DNA of 64,000 nucleotides, from the NCBI GenBank assembly GCA_041742075.1, contig JBGSJJ010000015.1:1132-65131 (forward strand), written 5' to 3'. The position numbers and the translations under genes are program-made. Below, piece after piece: positions 17,788 to 26,743 of the stretch (positions are counted from its first letter, which is position 1; each line of letters starts with the position of its first letter). The notes beneath the pieces were generated by a model. It saw nothing but the letters and a program-made list of their open reading frames with translations. It was not told where the DNA came from and did not search any database. This DNA is from Minisyncoccia bacterium. GTDB lineage: Bacteria; Patescibacteriota; Minisyncoccia; Phycocordibacterales; UBA918.

Positions 17788-18453
17788 CTATATATTTTTG
17801 CAATAGCTGACCCGGTGGATATCTGTACAGCCATACTTTTTTATGGCCTGACGGTGGGCCGTCGTGCCATACCCTTTATGTACCCCAAGTGCATATTTCG
17901 AGTACTCTGGACGCTTCCCGACTCGCACCATATACCGGTCTCTGGTCACTTTTGCCATGATGGATGCCAGCCCAATTACCTTCTCTTTACTATCACCCTT
18001 AATTATTGTTTCTTGATGCACAAACTCTTTCGGTGCCCTTAGTCCCCCATCGAGCTTCACTAGCACCTCTTCCACCCCCATCTCTGCACCCATGCTTCCA
18101 GCTCGTTTCCCTAGGCCTTTCCTAGGGAAACTCCCTAGGAAAGGCCTAGGTTCAATTACTTTATAGAGGGCACGAGACATGGCCCTGGTGACAGACGGGA
18201 CGATACCAATCTGGTCGATTACTTTGGCAGACACCATTACTACGACATAATCGAGAGTACCTTCCCGCTTCAACATTTCTGCTTGTTTAAAAATTACTTC
18301 CCGCTTTAGCTCTGAAAGCTGCTTCGAATCATTCACTCCGGGTATAAGCGCCCAATCAAAATCACTTGGTACGAGCACTGCCCCAACCGCGACGGGTCCA
18401 GCCAAAGGCCCGCGCCCCGCTTCGTCTATCCCGATGAGCCATTTTTGATTCAT
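17788..18453 (-). CDS. rnhB: Ribonuclease HII, carrying an insertion of about 25 aa relative to E. coli RnhB that is encoded by a 41-nt perfect palindrome.
   Basis: GIDEAGRGPLAGPV...DSKQLS...KGDS...ASIMAKVTRD RNase HII motifs. Confidence 0.9.
   Translation of the reverse strand: MNQKWLIGIDEAGRGPLAGPVAVGAVLVPSDFDWALIPGVNDSKQLSELKREVIFKQAEMLKREGTLDYVVVMVSAKVIDQIGIVPSVTRAMSRALYKVIEPRPFLGSFPRKGLGKRAGSMGAEMGVEEVLVKLDGGLRAPKEFVHQETIIKGDSKEKVIGLASIMAKVTRDRYMVRVGKRPEYSKYALGVHKGYGTTAHRQAIKKYGCTDIHRVSYCKNI
18130..18170. repeat. 41-nt perfect palindrome CCTAGGCCTTTCCTAGGGA-aac-TCCCTAGGAAAGGCCTAGG lying in frame inside rnhB.
   Basis: 19-bp perfect arms. Encodes FPRKGLGKRAG within an insertion loop. Confidence 0.8.
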
Positions 18454-18537
18454 AGACTAAAGTATAGCAAAGATTGACAAATGCATTGAATATGTCATTA
18501 TTAAAACTGGCAAACGAACCTCAACAGGAGTTTGAGT

Positions 18538-18786
18538 ATGTCTGACCTCAGATTGGATCAAGAGAAAACTGCCCGAGAATTGGCGGACGAAGATTTCGCC
18601 TTGAACTACAAGTTCTATTCTATGATGATAGGGATCTTTCCTGTCATAGTGTCCGGCGTATCTTTTGGTGGTGCGGCCAGTGTAGGTGCCTTATTGGTGT
18701 TTAGTCTTTGCGCATACATATTATACCTACTAATTGTCGCCATCCGTTCCCTGTATCGTCTTATGCTCAGTTTCGTACCTCGCTAA
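18538..18786 (+). CDS. Hypothetical small membrane protein.
   Basis: caggag RBS 7 nt upstream of the ATG. Two predicted TM helices. Confidence 0.4.
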   Translation: MSDLRLDQEKTARELADEDFALNYKFYSMMIGIFPVIVSGVSFGGAASVGALLVFSLCAYILYLLIVAIRSLYRLMLSFVPR

Positions 18787-18807
18787 GAGCATTTATACAG
18801 AAAGCCC

Positions 18808-18846
18808 TGGCGCCTCCCTACTCTGGGGTGGCGCCACAATTTTTCT
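18808..18846 (+). terminator. Rho-independent terminator TGGCGCC-N15-GGCGCCA + caatttttctc.
   Basis: GC stem followed by a T-tract. Confidence 0.6.
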
Positions 18847-18872
18847 CACCAGCCTATCCAGCTGGTTTTATG

Positions 18873-18910
18873 TTGTCTAAACCTACCTGTTAACAGGTAG
18901 GTTTAGACAA
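18873..18910. promoter_or_regulatory. 38-bp perfect palindrome TTGTCTAAACCTACCTGT-ta-ACAGGTAGGTTTAGACAA about 60 nt upstream of dnaE. Candidate operator or hairpin.
   Basis: 18-bp perfect arms containing a CTGT/ACAG core reminiscent of LexA-type boxes. Confidence 0.45.
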
Positions 18911-18970
18911 CAGTGTAATTTGTCATGGAGGTGGGAGTAAAAAATTTGCTATACTGGTGTCTACTATCCT

Positions 18971-21900
18971 ATGCCAGAAAAGCTGTTACAGTCTGACTTT
19001 ATCCATTTGCATGTGCACTCGCACTATTCCCTCCTTAATGCCATCCCGACCCCTAAAGAGCTAGCTGGAGCCGCCAAAGCTGACAGGCAAGAGGCGCTCG
19101 CCTTAACTGACAACGGCGCTCTCTATGGCACCATCGACTTTATTAAAGCCTGCAAGAAACAAGACATAAAACCAATTATCGGGATTGACGCCTATATGGC
19201 ACCACGGACTCGGTTTGATACTGAAGGCAATCTCGACAAACCACGCGCACGGTTGGTCTTGCTCGCTAAGAATAATGACGGCTACAAAAACCTCATCCAG
19301 CTCGTCACTCTTAGTAACACGGAGGGTTTTTACTATCGTCCCCGTCTCGATCGTGAACTCTTAGCTCGATTTGCTAGCGACCTTATCTGCATCCTTCCTT
19401 CATTTGCCGGTGAGACGACACAGCATTTAAAAAACAATGATCTGGAGAAAGCGAGTGCCGACCTTGATTGGTACAAAAAAACTTTCGGAACAGACTCTTA
19501 CCTTGAGATTACCCATCACCCTGAAATGCTTGACCACACGGCCCTCCAGTCAAAAATAAAACAACTTGCTTCAAGTTCGAATACGCCACTCGTAGCCGCG
19601 CACGACGTGTACTATCTAGAGAAGACTGACGCGGTCGCCCGGGAAGCGATGATAAAAATCCAGAATGGTGGTGTGGTTGACATCCATGAGGAACGGTCAG
19701 AAGACTTCTCTTTTATTACTCAAGCACAAGCACGAGAATTTTTTAAAGACAACCCCGAGGCGCTTTTGAACACCGTCAAAATCGCTGAAGCGTGTACTAT
19801 CGATATTCCCGTTGGCACCAAGTGGTACTTCCCTGACTACATCATCCAAAGTGGTAAAGCTCCTGACGATGAGCTCAAGGAACTCGCCTACGCCGGTGTG
19901 CCGTGGCGTGGTCTTTCACTCGATGACGAACTTATAAAAACGCGACTCGATTACGAACTTGAAGTGATTAAGAACAAAGGCTACGCCAAATACTTTCTCG
20001 TGGTCGGTGACTTGCTTCGCGAAGCGCGCGAGCGCGGTATTCTCACCACCATTCGAGGTTCAGTGGCTGGTTCACTCACCACCTATGTACTCGGTATCAC
20101 CAACGTAGACCCGATTGAGTACAAACTCCCCTTCGAGCGTTTTCTCAACCCTGAGCGACCGTCTGCACCCGATATCGACATGGACTACGCCGATAACCGT
20201 CGTGACGAAATAATCGAGTACGCAAAGCAAAAATATGGCGAGGATAAGGTAGCGCAAATCGGCACCTTCGGTACCATGATGGCGCGCGCAGCCGTGCGCG
20301 ACGTCGCGCGTGCCCTTGGCCACCCCTATGGTACCGGCGACCGTATCGCCAAACTCATCCCGATGGGTAGCCAGGGCTTTCCAATGACGATTAAGCGTGC
20401 GCTCGAGCTAGAGCCCGAGCTTCAAAAACTCTATAAGCAAGACGAGGAGTCGCGTGACGTCATTGACTTAGCGAAAAAGATTGAAGGCCGGGTGCGTCAC
20501 TTAGGTGTACATGCAGCGGGAGTTGTTATTGCGCCTGCCCCACTCTCGGAATTCGTACCAATTCAGCTCGATTCTAAAACTGGCAAGTTTATTACGCAGT
20601 ACGAAATGCACAGTGTGGGTGAAGACGGTGTTGGACTTTTGAAGTTCGACTTCCTGGGTATAAAAAATCTTTCTATTTTGGCTGACGCCGTTGAGCGTGT
20701 AAAGAAGATTCAAAAAATTGATATCGATATTGAAAATATTCCACTTGACGACATAAAGACTTTCGCCATGCTGGCTGCCGGACAGACGATGGGTCTATTT
20801 CAATTGAACGGTTCAGGCATGACGTCGTTTTTAAAACAACTCAAACCATCTTCGATTCACGACATAAACGCGATGGTCGCCTTGTATCGTCCCGGACCAA
20901 TGGAATCTATCCCTCAGTATATTGAACGCAAAAATAATCCGTCACTTGTGACGTATCTCGATCCTCGCATGGAAACCATCCTCGACCGTTCGTACGGGGT
21001 GATTACCTACCAAGACGACGTTATGACCATTGCTCGCTTGCTCGCTGGGTACAGTTGGCTAGAGGCAGACATTTTACGAAAAGCGATGGGAAAGAAAATT
21101 CCCGAGGTCATGGCCGCCGAAAAAGACAAGCTCATAAACGGCTTCCGCGATTTTGGAAAGCTCACACCAGCGCTTGGAGAAAAAATCTGGAAACTGATTG
21201 AACCGTTTGCGGCCTATGGGTTTAACAAAGCGCACGCCGCCAGTTACGGGCGGGTTGCGTACCAAACAGCGTACATGAAGGCTAACTTCCCGGTTGAGTA
21301 CATGTCCGCGGTACTCACCGCTGACTCTGGTGATACTGAAAAGATAGCCGAAATCATCCACGAGTGTGAACGCATGGGTATTGAAGTACTGCCGCCAGAC
21401 ATCAATGAATCCTTCGCGCCATTTTCGGTAGTACCAGCAAGTGGTGACACGCCAGCGCGGATCCGTTTTGGTCTCACGACTATCAAAAACTTCGGTGAAG
21501 GGATTGCCCACGCCATCATTACAGAGCGTAAAGCGAATGGTCCGTTTGAATCACTGTCTGACCTCCTCACCCGCGTGCAAGACAAAAACCTCAACAAGAA
21601 ATCCCTCGAAGCACTGATTATGGTGGGAGCGCTTGATCGTTTTAACGAACGCGGACTGCTCCAGCAAAACTTAGAATCAATTCTGGCCTGGAGTAAAGAA
21701 AGTAGTGCTGGTAAAGAAGCTAACCAAACCTCCCTCTTCGGCTCAAGTAGTGAAGGTATCCACGCCCTTACGCTCGCTCCCGCTGACCCAGCCACCACTG
21801 AGCAAAAGCTACTCTGGGAAAAAGAACTCCTCGGCGTCTACGTGTCTGGACACCCGCTCCAGCAGTACGAAGCTGAACTCAAAGCCCGTGCTTCAATCAA

Positions 21901-22225
21901 GGCTATTAAGGAGGACATGCGAAATGGTATTCCAGTGGTGACTGCTGGTATGGTAGAAACTGTCCGCGAACTCCTGACGAAAAAAGGCGACAAGATGGCT
22001 TTTGTGCTTCTCACCAACGAAACTGACGCCATTGAGATGGTTGCCTTCCCAGAAGTCTACAGGGCTAGTCGTGAACTACTTATGCCTGGCCAATGTATCG
22101 CCGTCAAAGGAAAACTCACTATCCGAAACGACGAACCGAGCATTGCCCTTGAGAAAGTGAAGTCACTGGCTCCAGCGCAAGCGAGCTTAGCACCACTGGT
22201 TGACACCACAAGCCTAAAGACATAA
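18971..22225 (+). CDS. dnaE: DNA polymerase III alpha subunit.
   Basis: 1084 aa. N-terminal PHP domain HLHVHSHYSLL, polymerase core, OB fold. Confidence 0.93.
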   Translation: MPEKLLQSDFIHLHVHSHYSLLNAIPTPKELAGAAKADRQEALALTDNGALYGTIDFIKACKKQDIKPIIGIDAYMAPRTRFDTEGNLDKPRARLVLLAKNNDGYKNLIQLVTLSNTEGFYYRPRLDRELLARFASDLICILPSFAGETTQHLKNNDLEKASADLDWYKKTFGTDSYLEITHHPEMLDHTALQSKIKQLASSSNTPLVAAHDVYYLEKTDAVAREAMIKIQNGGVVDIHEERSEDFSFITQAQAREFFKDNPEALLNTVKIAEACTIDIPVGTKWYFPDYIIQSGKAPDDELKELAYAGVPWRGLSLDDELIKTRLDYELEVIKNKGYAKYFLVVGDLLREARERGILTTIRGSVAGSLTTYVLGITNVDPIEYKLPFERFLNPERPSAPDIDMDYADNRRDEIIEYAKQKYGEDKVAQIGTFGTMMARAAVRDVARALGHPYGTGDRIAKLIPMGSQGFPMTIKRALELEPELQKLYKQDEESRDVIDLAKKIEGRVRHLGVHAAGVVIAPAPLSEFVPIQLDSKTGKFITQYEMHSVGEDGVGLLKFDFLGIKNLSILADAVERVKKIQKIDIDIENIPLDDIKTFAMLAAGQTMGLFQLNGSGMTSFLKQLKPSSIHDINAMVALYRPGPMESIPQYIERKNNPSLVTYLDPRMETILDRSYGVITYQDDVMTIARLLAGYSWLEADILRKAMGKKIPEVMAAEKDKLINGFRDFGKLTPALGEKIWKLIEPFAAYGFNKAHAASYGRVAYQTAYMKANFPVEYMSAVLTADSGDTEKIAEIIHECERMGIEVLPPDINESFAPFSVVPASGDTPARIRFGLTTIKNFGEGIAHAIITERKANGPFESLSDLLTRVQDKNLNKKSLEALIMVGALDRFNERGLLQQNLESILAWSKESSAGKEANQTSLFGSSSEGIHALTLAPADPATTEQKLLWEKELLGVYVSGHPLQQYEAELKARASIKAIKEDMRNGIPVVTAGMVETVRELLTKKGDKMAFVLLTNETDAIEMVAFPEVYRASRELLMPGQCIAVKGKLTIRNDEPSIALEKVKSLAPAQASLAPLVDTTSLKT

Positions 22226-22264
22226 AGTGACATTAGGAAATCAAGAACTAGTGGAAAATGAACC

Positions 22265-22843
22265 ATGCTTCATGCCCATAGACTTATCTTGGCTTGGGGT
22301 GGTACTCCAGTGTTTCTGGAATTAGGTGACATACACCTACCATCTGATTCAAAAAAACAAGCACTTGTTGATCTTTCAGTAACACGCACTCACGATACTC
22401 ACCAAGTAGCGTTCAAGCCCCAAGCTGGCCCTTTGTCTTGGTTATATTTCATTATGTGTTCTAAAGTTCATTCCCCTATTATGGCTTCAGTCTCATTCAG
22501 GAGTGAAGAGTGCACTTTAAACAATCAGATGCGACTCTGGTTGGATGACTTCATCCGCGACCGGGTTGAAACAGCCTGGTCAAGGACTAAGTTTACTCTG
22601 GTAGCCACCAGCCCAATTGCACCTGAAATCTCAGGTGACTCAGAACACTTTGAGTTCAGTATTAGACTCAGCCAGCCGAACACTGGTTTGGTACAACTTA
22701 CTTCATTACCAAATCTCCAAATCCATTGGACTGAACTCCTCCCGAAAGGACCTTACCGAACGAGAATACATGAAGCTTTTCAAGAATACTACCGTCTTAG
22801 AAAGCAACTCAAGAAACGTCCACGATTGGTAGAAGTCACCTAA
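22265..22843 (+). CDS. Hypothetical protein (192 aa).
   Basis: ORF with its own downstream terminator. No recognisable motif. Confidence 0.4.
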   Translation: MLHAHRLILAWGGTPVFLELGDIHLPSDSKKQALVDLSVTRTHDTHQVAFKPQAGPLSWLYFIMCSKVHSPIMASVSFRSEECTLNNQMRLWLDDFIRDRVETAWSRTKFTLVATSPIAPEISGDSEHFEFSIRLSQPNTGLVQLTSLPNLQIHWTELLPKGPYRTRIHEAFQEYYRLRKQLKKRPRLVEVT

Positions 22844-22852
22844 TCTTATCTA

Positions 22853-22887
22853 TGCACCGACCTTCTCTCTTGGGTCGGTGCAATTTT
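22853..22887 (+). terminator. Rho-independent terminator GCACCGACC-N9-GGGTCGGTGC + aatttttg.
   Basis: Stem plus T-tract. Confidence 0.65.
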
Positions 22888-22957
22888 TGACATAATCTAT
22901 TTTAAATGCATAATATAAATCGAATACACGTACACTGTTCACCTGAAGGAGACTTAC

Positions 22958-23374
22958 ATGGACATCAAGTCGCTAGAATTGCTGGTTCGAACATGGGCAA
23001 ATGAACAATCTCTCCCCTCTGCGGGGGTAACTGTCACAGTCTCAATTGTCTGCGCCGGAGATGGTCTTTCCACCCAAGCCACCATTGAGAGTACCGACAA
23101 CAACATTCTTCTTATGGACTTTCTTTCTGAAGAAAACTTTGAAGCAGCCGGTGTGCCGGCAAAGATTAATTTAATCAGAATTAGGAACGTACTACGTAAC
23201 ACCGCTGGAGACACGTACAACGACTTCCCGGACATCCGCTACTGTACCGTAGATGAATTCGTCAATCGAGTTACTGAGCGATCACTGCTCATGCAGCCGA
23301 ACTTCAGTAGAAAGTCGTTGACCTGCCTTAACCAAGTTCTCAAGCACCACGGATACCCCCAATTTCGCCCATGA
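22958..23374 (+). CDS. Hypothetical protein with an RNA polymerase alpha-CTD-like helix-hairpin-helix C-terminus.
   Basis: aaggag RBS. C-terminal PNFSRKSLTCLNQVLKHHG resembles the RpoA alpha-CTD motif PNLGKKSLTEIK. Confidence 0.5.
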   Translation: MDIKSLELLVRTWANEQSLPSAGVTVTVSIVCAGDGLSTQATIESTDNNILLMDFLSEENFEAAGVPAKINLIRIRNVLRNTAGDTYNDFPDIRYCTVDEFVNRVTERSLLMQPNFSRKSLTCLNQVLKHHGYPQFRP

Positions 23375-23382
23375 CAATACCC

Positions 23383-23418
23383 GCGCCGACCCCCAAGGGG
23401 TCGGCGCGATTTCTTTTG
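23383..23418 (+). terminator. Rho-independent terminator CGCGCCGACCCC-caa-GGGGTCGGCGCG + atttcttttgtt.
   Basis: 12-bp GC stem plus T-tract. Confidence 0.8.
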
Positions 23419-23446
23419 TTGACAATCTACCTTGGCACGCTAGTAT
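23419..23446 (+). promoter_or_regulatory. Promoter TTGACA-N16-TAGTAT for the thrS leader.
   Basis: Consensus-like hexamers read from the sequence. Confidence 0.5.
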
Positions 23447-23452
23447 GTATAC

Positions 23453-23695
23453 ACATTCAGAGATTGCTTCGGCTACCAACCGAGGAGGTATACAGTCTCT
23501 ACCTATCATCAATGATAGGTAGAGACAACCTACGATATTAGTCTAATCTGACCCTTAAGTGCTGACGAGAAAACACTTGTCAGAAACTCGGTGGAACCGC
23601 GGTTACAAGTACCCTTTCGGTACTTAAAAATCGTCCGAGTGAGCACACGAACTTTCGTGTATTCACTCGGACGATTTTTCAGTTATTAGTTTTAA
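23453..23695 (+). promoter_or_regulatory. Candidate T-box riboswitch leader for thrS. T-box core AAACTCGGTGGAACCGCGG at 23584-23602, competing terminator at 23626-23680, and a candidate Thr specifier ACC(A) in a hairpin loop at about 23473-23476.
   Basis: GGTGGAACCGCGG matches 13/13 of the GGTGGNACCGCGG T-box core. ACTCGG just 5' of UGGA can pair with CCGAGT in the 5' strand of the terminator AAAAATCGTCCGAGTGA...TCACTCGGACGATTTTT, which is the antiterminator/terminator alternative. The N of UGGN is A, complementary to U73 of the tRNA-Thr in this window. Confidence 0.5.
23495..23526. promoter_or_regulatory. 32-nt perfect palindrome GTCTCTACCTATCATcaATGATAGGTAGAGAC (motif copy C) inside the thrS leader.
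   Basis: Shares a 20-nt core with copy A (8075-8098) and a 15-nt core with copy B. Confidence 0.6.
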
Positions 23696-23705
23696 TTACT
23701 CACCT

Positions 23706-25460
23706 ATGCCAGAACAATTAGAAAAGACTCGACACACCCTCGCCCACCTGCTTGCGAAAGCTGTGTTGGTAAACTTTCCGCACGCCAAGCCCACTATCGG
23801 TCCGGCTATCGAGACGGGTTTTTACTATGACTTTGACTTCAGTGGTGGCGCGAGCCCAAGTGATGCCGACCTCAAAGTCCTTCAGACCACTATGCGCAAA
23901 ATGCTGAGTTCATGGACAGAGTTCTCCCACCGGGAAGTCAGCCCAGACGAAGCCCGAGCGGTTTTTGTGGGGAATCAGTTCAAACTAGAACTGATTGAAG
24001 AATTGGCAGAGAAAGGTGAGACTATAACACTATATACCGTTGGGTCTGGCAAAACTGAGTTTACCGACCTCTGTCGTGGTGGACACAGCGCGAGCCCAGC
24101 GAATGAAATCAGCGCTGATAGTTTCAAGCTGGATAAAGTTGCTGGTGCCTACTGGCGAGGCGATGAGAAAAATCCAATGCTCGTGCGTATCTACGGACTC
24201 GCATTTGCTGACAAAGATGGACTTGAAGCCTACGAAACACAATTGGCCGAAGCTAAAAAACGCGACCATCGAAAACTTGGGAAAGAACACGACCTCTTCA
24301 CCTTTTCAGAACTTGTCGGTTCTGGTCTACCGCTCTGGACTCCAAAAGGCACCGTCATCCGTCACGAACTCGATACGTTCATCTGGAAACTCCGCGAAAA
24401 GCATGGCTACCAACGAGTAACCATTCCCCACATCACCAAGAAAGACCTGTATGTCACGTCCGGTCACTGGGAAAAATTTGCCGATGAGTTGTTCCGTATC
24501 ACCACTCGCGAAGGTAAAGAATACGCTCTTAAGCCAATGAACTGTCCGCACCACACGCAGATTTTTGACCGTCAACCACACAGCTACCGTGACATGCCGG
24601 CTCGCTACGCTGAGACCACTATGGTCTACCGCGATGAGCAATCAGGCGAGCTGGGTGGACTTACCCGGGTACTTTCCATCACCCAAGACGACTCACACGT
24701 ATTTTGCCGCCACTCTCAGATTAAGGAAGAGTTCTTCCGCGTTTGGGACATCATCGACACCTTCTATGGAACCTTCGGTTTCAATCTTCGCGTGCGTCTA
24801 TCTTTCCACGAACCGACAGAGATGGAAAAGTACCTTGGCACGAAAGAGATTTGGGAGAATGCTGAGAATGCCCTTAGAGACATAGCGATAGAGCGTAAAG
24901 CAGATTACTTTGAAGCACCAGGCGAAGCCGCTATGTACGGACCGAAGCTCGACTTCATGGCCAAAGACTCCATTGGTCGTGAGCACCAAGTGGCGACCAT
25001 TCAGCTTGATATGAACCTCCCAGAACGCTTTGACCTTACCTGCATCAATGAAAAAGGTGAGAAAGAGCGTATCGTGATGATGCACTGCGCTATTATGGGG
25101 TCTATCGAACGCTTTACCGCAGTCTTGATTGAGCACCTTGGTGGCAACTTCCCGCTTTGGCTCGCTCCAGTTCAGGTAGCCATCATCCCGGTATCTGAAG
25201 TTCACGATGCCTACGCCACGCAAGTACACCAGGCACTCCGGGCTATCGGCATTCGAGCTGACTACTACGGCGACAATGACTCGATGGGCAAAAAGATTCG
25301 GACTGCCAAGCAAGCCAAACTTCCCTACTTCGTCGTCATCGGTGACAAGGAAGTGGAAGCAAAGAATGTGACCCTTGAAAGTCGTGATGGTGAATCTAGG
25401 CAAATTGACCTACACGCGCTCGGCAATCATCTCCTCACTGAAATTGAGGTGAAGAAGTAG
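23706..25460 (+). CDS. thrS: Threonyl-tRNA synthetase, short form lacking the N-terminal TGS domain.
   Basis: HTLAHLLAKAV editing-domain HxxxH, class II motifs, C-terminal anticodon-binding domain. Confidence 0.92.
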   Translation: MPEQLEKTRHTLAHLLAKAVLVNFPHAKPTIGPAIETGFYYDFDFSGGASPSDADLKVLQTTMRKMLSSWTEFSHREVSPDEARAVFVGNQFKLELIEELAEKGETITLYTVGSGKTEFTDLCRGGHSASPANEISADSFKLDKVAGAYWRGDEKNPMLVRIYGLAFADKDGLEAYETQLAEAKKRDHRKLGKEHDLFTFSELVGSGLPLWTPKGTVIRHELDTFIWKLREKHGYQRVTIPHITKKDLYVTSGHWEKFADELFRITTREGKEYALKPMNCPHHTQIFDRQPHSYRDMPARYAETTMVYRDEQSGELGGLTRVLSITQDDSHVFCRHSQIKEEFFRVWDIIDTFYGTFGFNLRVRLSFHEPTEMEKYLGTKEIWENAENALRDIAIERKADYFEAPGEAAMYGPKLDFMAKDSIGREHQVATIQLDMNLPERFDLTCINEKGEKERIVMMHCAIMGSIERFTAVLIEHLGGNFPLWLAPVQVAIIPVSEVHDAYATQVHQALRAIGIRADYYGDNDSMGKKIRTAKQAKLPYFVVIGDKEVEAKNVTLESRDGESRQIDLHALGNHLLTEIEVKK

Positions 25461-25492
25461 AAATTACTTCATACTCATACCCTCTGTCGTAA

Positions 25493-25526
25493 AGCAAAAC
25501 CTTTCATTCGAATGAAAGGTTTTGCT
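25493..25526. terminator. Bidirectional terminator AGCAAAACCTTTCAT-tcga-ATGAAAGGTTTTGCT.
   Basis: Perfect 15-bp palindrome with A/T tracts, between thrS(+) and the convergent minus-strand gene. Confidence 0.75.
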
Positions 25527-25597
25527 GTCTAAGTTATGTGCATACACCACTACGTCAAAACATTTGTGGTGTCGCAATTTTCGCACCCTCGACAAAT

Positions 25598-26527
25598 CTA
25601 GAATGCGAGCTCCTTGCCATTCGGCAAAACAACCGTACTGTTATCTTTCCACACGATACCGGCATCCTGAAGTGCTTTTCTGAATTCCATTGCCATATCA
25701 TATCGCTCAGGACTTTCATTGAGGTCACTTTCAGAAAGTAACACTTGGGTTCTCCCCGTTGTTACATCAAAGCCATGCAACATTCCGTTTGGACAACCTT
25801 CACCGCAATTGAGCGTGGTAATTATCGCTTTGGTTCCAGACGCATTCCATGTCATATCGTCAAATCCGTAGTTAGCGACAGTTGTTTCAAAATCAGGCTT
25901 TAGAGGTATTTTAATGATTGCGCTTGAACTTACATCGATTACATGGGTTATGTACGTGTAATCCCAACACATACCATCAGGTGGAGTACACCTTCTATCA
26001 TTAGTGAGAATATGTAGTAGTGACTGGGAGCTGTTAGTTGAAGTTGCGTGTGTGAAATTTCCTTCATTAAAACCAACAGCTTCTAAAACAAAGGCTTTCT
26101 CAAATGTATCAGTATCAAATTCCTCAATAATGAGTAGCTCGTTATTCCACTCAAGTACGTACGCACCCTTACCCAAACAAACATCATTCTCACTCACATA
26201 ATAACCCCAACCACACACCTGATGCACAAAACCCGTTTTACCTTGCCTAGAAAAAGAACGCGAGCCGATAACGTTGCCCCATTCTAGCTCACGGTAATTA
26301 CCACTCTTATACGAGTCATCACTGTTTGTACCTGAAGGCTCCATCACTTTAGAAAGTCGTTCTTCTAATAAGCTAATCTGCTCATTCAATAAGCGGATAT
26401 TCTGGTCATACGTCGTTACTAACGTATTCTTGTTTTGGCTTTGCTCAGTAATAAATAACCCTCCACTGACGAGTATTACTACGAGTAAACTTATCAGTCC
26501 TAAAATTGCGTACCGCGTGTTTTGCAT
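25598..26527 (-). CDS. Hypothetical N-terminally membrane-anchored extracellular protein (309 aa).
   Basis: N-terminal TM helix, a coiled-coil segment, Cys-rich C-terminal region. Confidence 0.5.
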   Translation of the reverse strand: MQNTRYAILGLISLLVVILVSGGLFITEQSQNKNTLVTTYDQNIRLLNEQISLLEERLSKVMEPSGTNSDDSYKSGNYRELEWGNVIGSRSFSRQGKTGFVHQVCGWGYYVSENDVCLGKGAYVLEWNNELLIIEEFDTDTFEKAFVLEAVGFNEGNFTHATSTNSSQSLLHILTNDRRCTPPDGMCWDYTYITHVIDVSSSAIIKIPLKPDFETTVANYGFDDMTWNASGTKAIITTLNCGEGCPNGMLHGFDVTTGRTQVLLSESDLNESPERYDMAMEFRKALQDAGIVWKDNSTVVLPNGKELAF

Positions 26528-26539
26528 ATAAATATGTTA

Positions 26540-26580
26540 GCACGAAAAATCCCAGACAGTATGTCTGGGATTTTTCGTGC
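26540..26580. terminator. Bidirectional terminator GCACGAAAAATCCCAGACA-gta-TGTCTGGGATTTTTCGTGC.
   Basis: Perfect 19-bp arms. Confidence 0.75.
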
Positions 26581-26743
26581 TTAGCGTAGCCAAGTCAGAA
26601 GTGCAACTTTTATGCCTTAATCACAAGCGTAGGAAAATTTTCCGCTACGAGACGTACGAGGAAAATGGTACGAGTCGTATTCAATATACGATGAGAACCA
26701 TTTTACCGAAGTACAACGACGTAGAGGAAGATTTTAACAAGCT

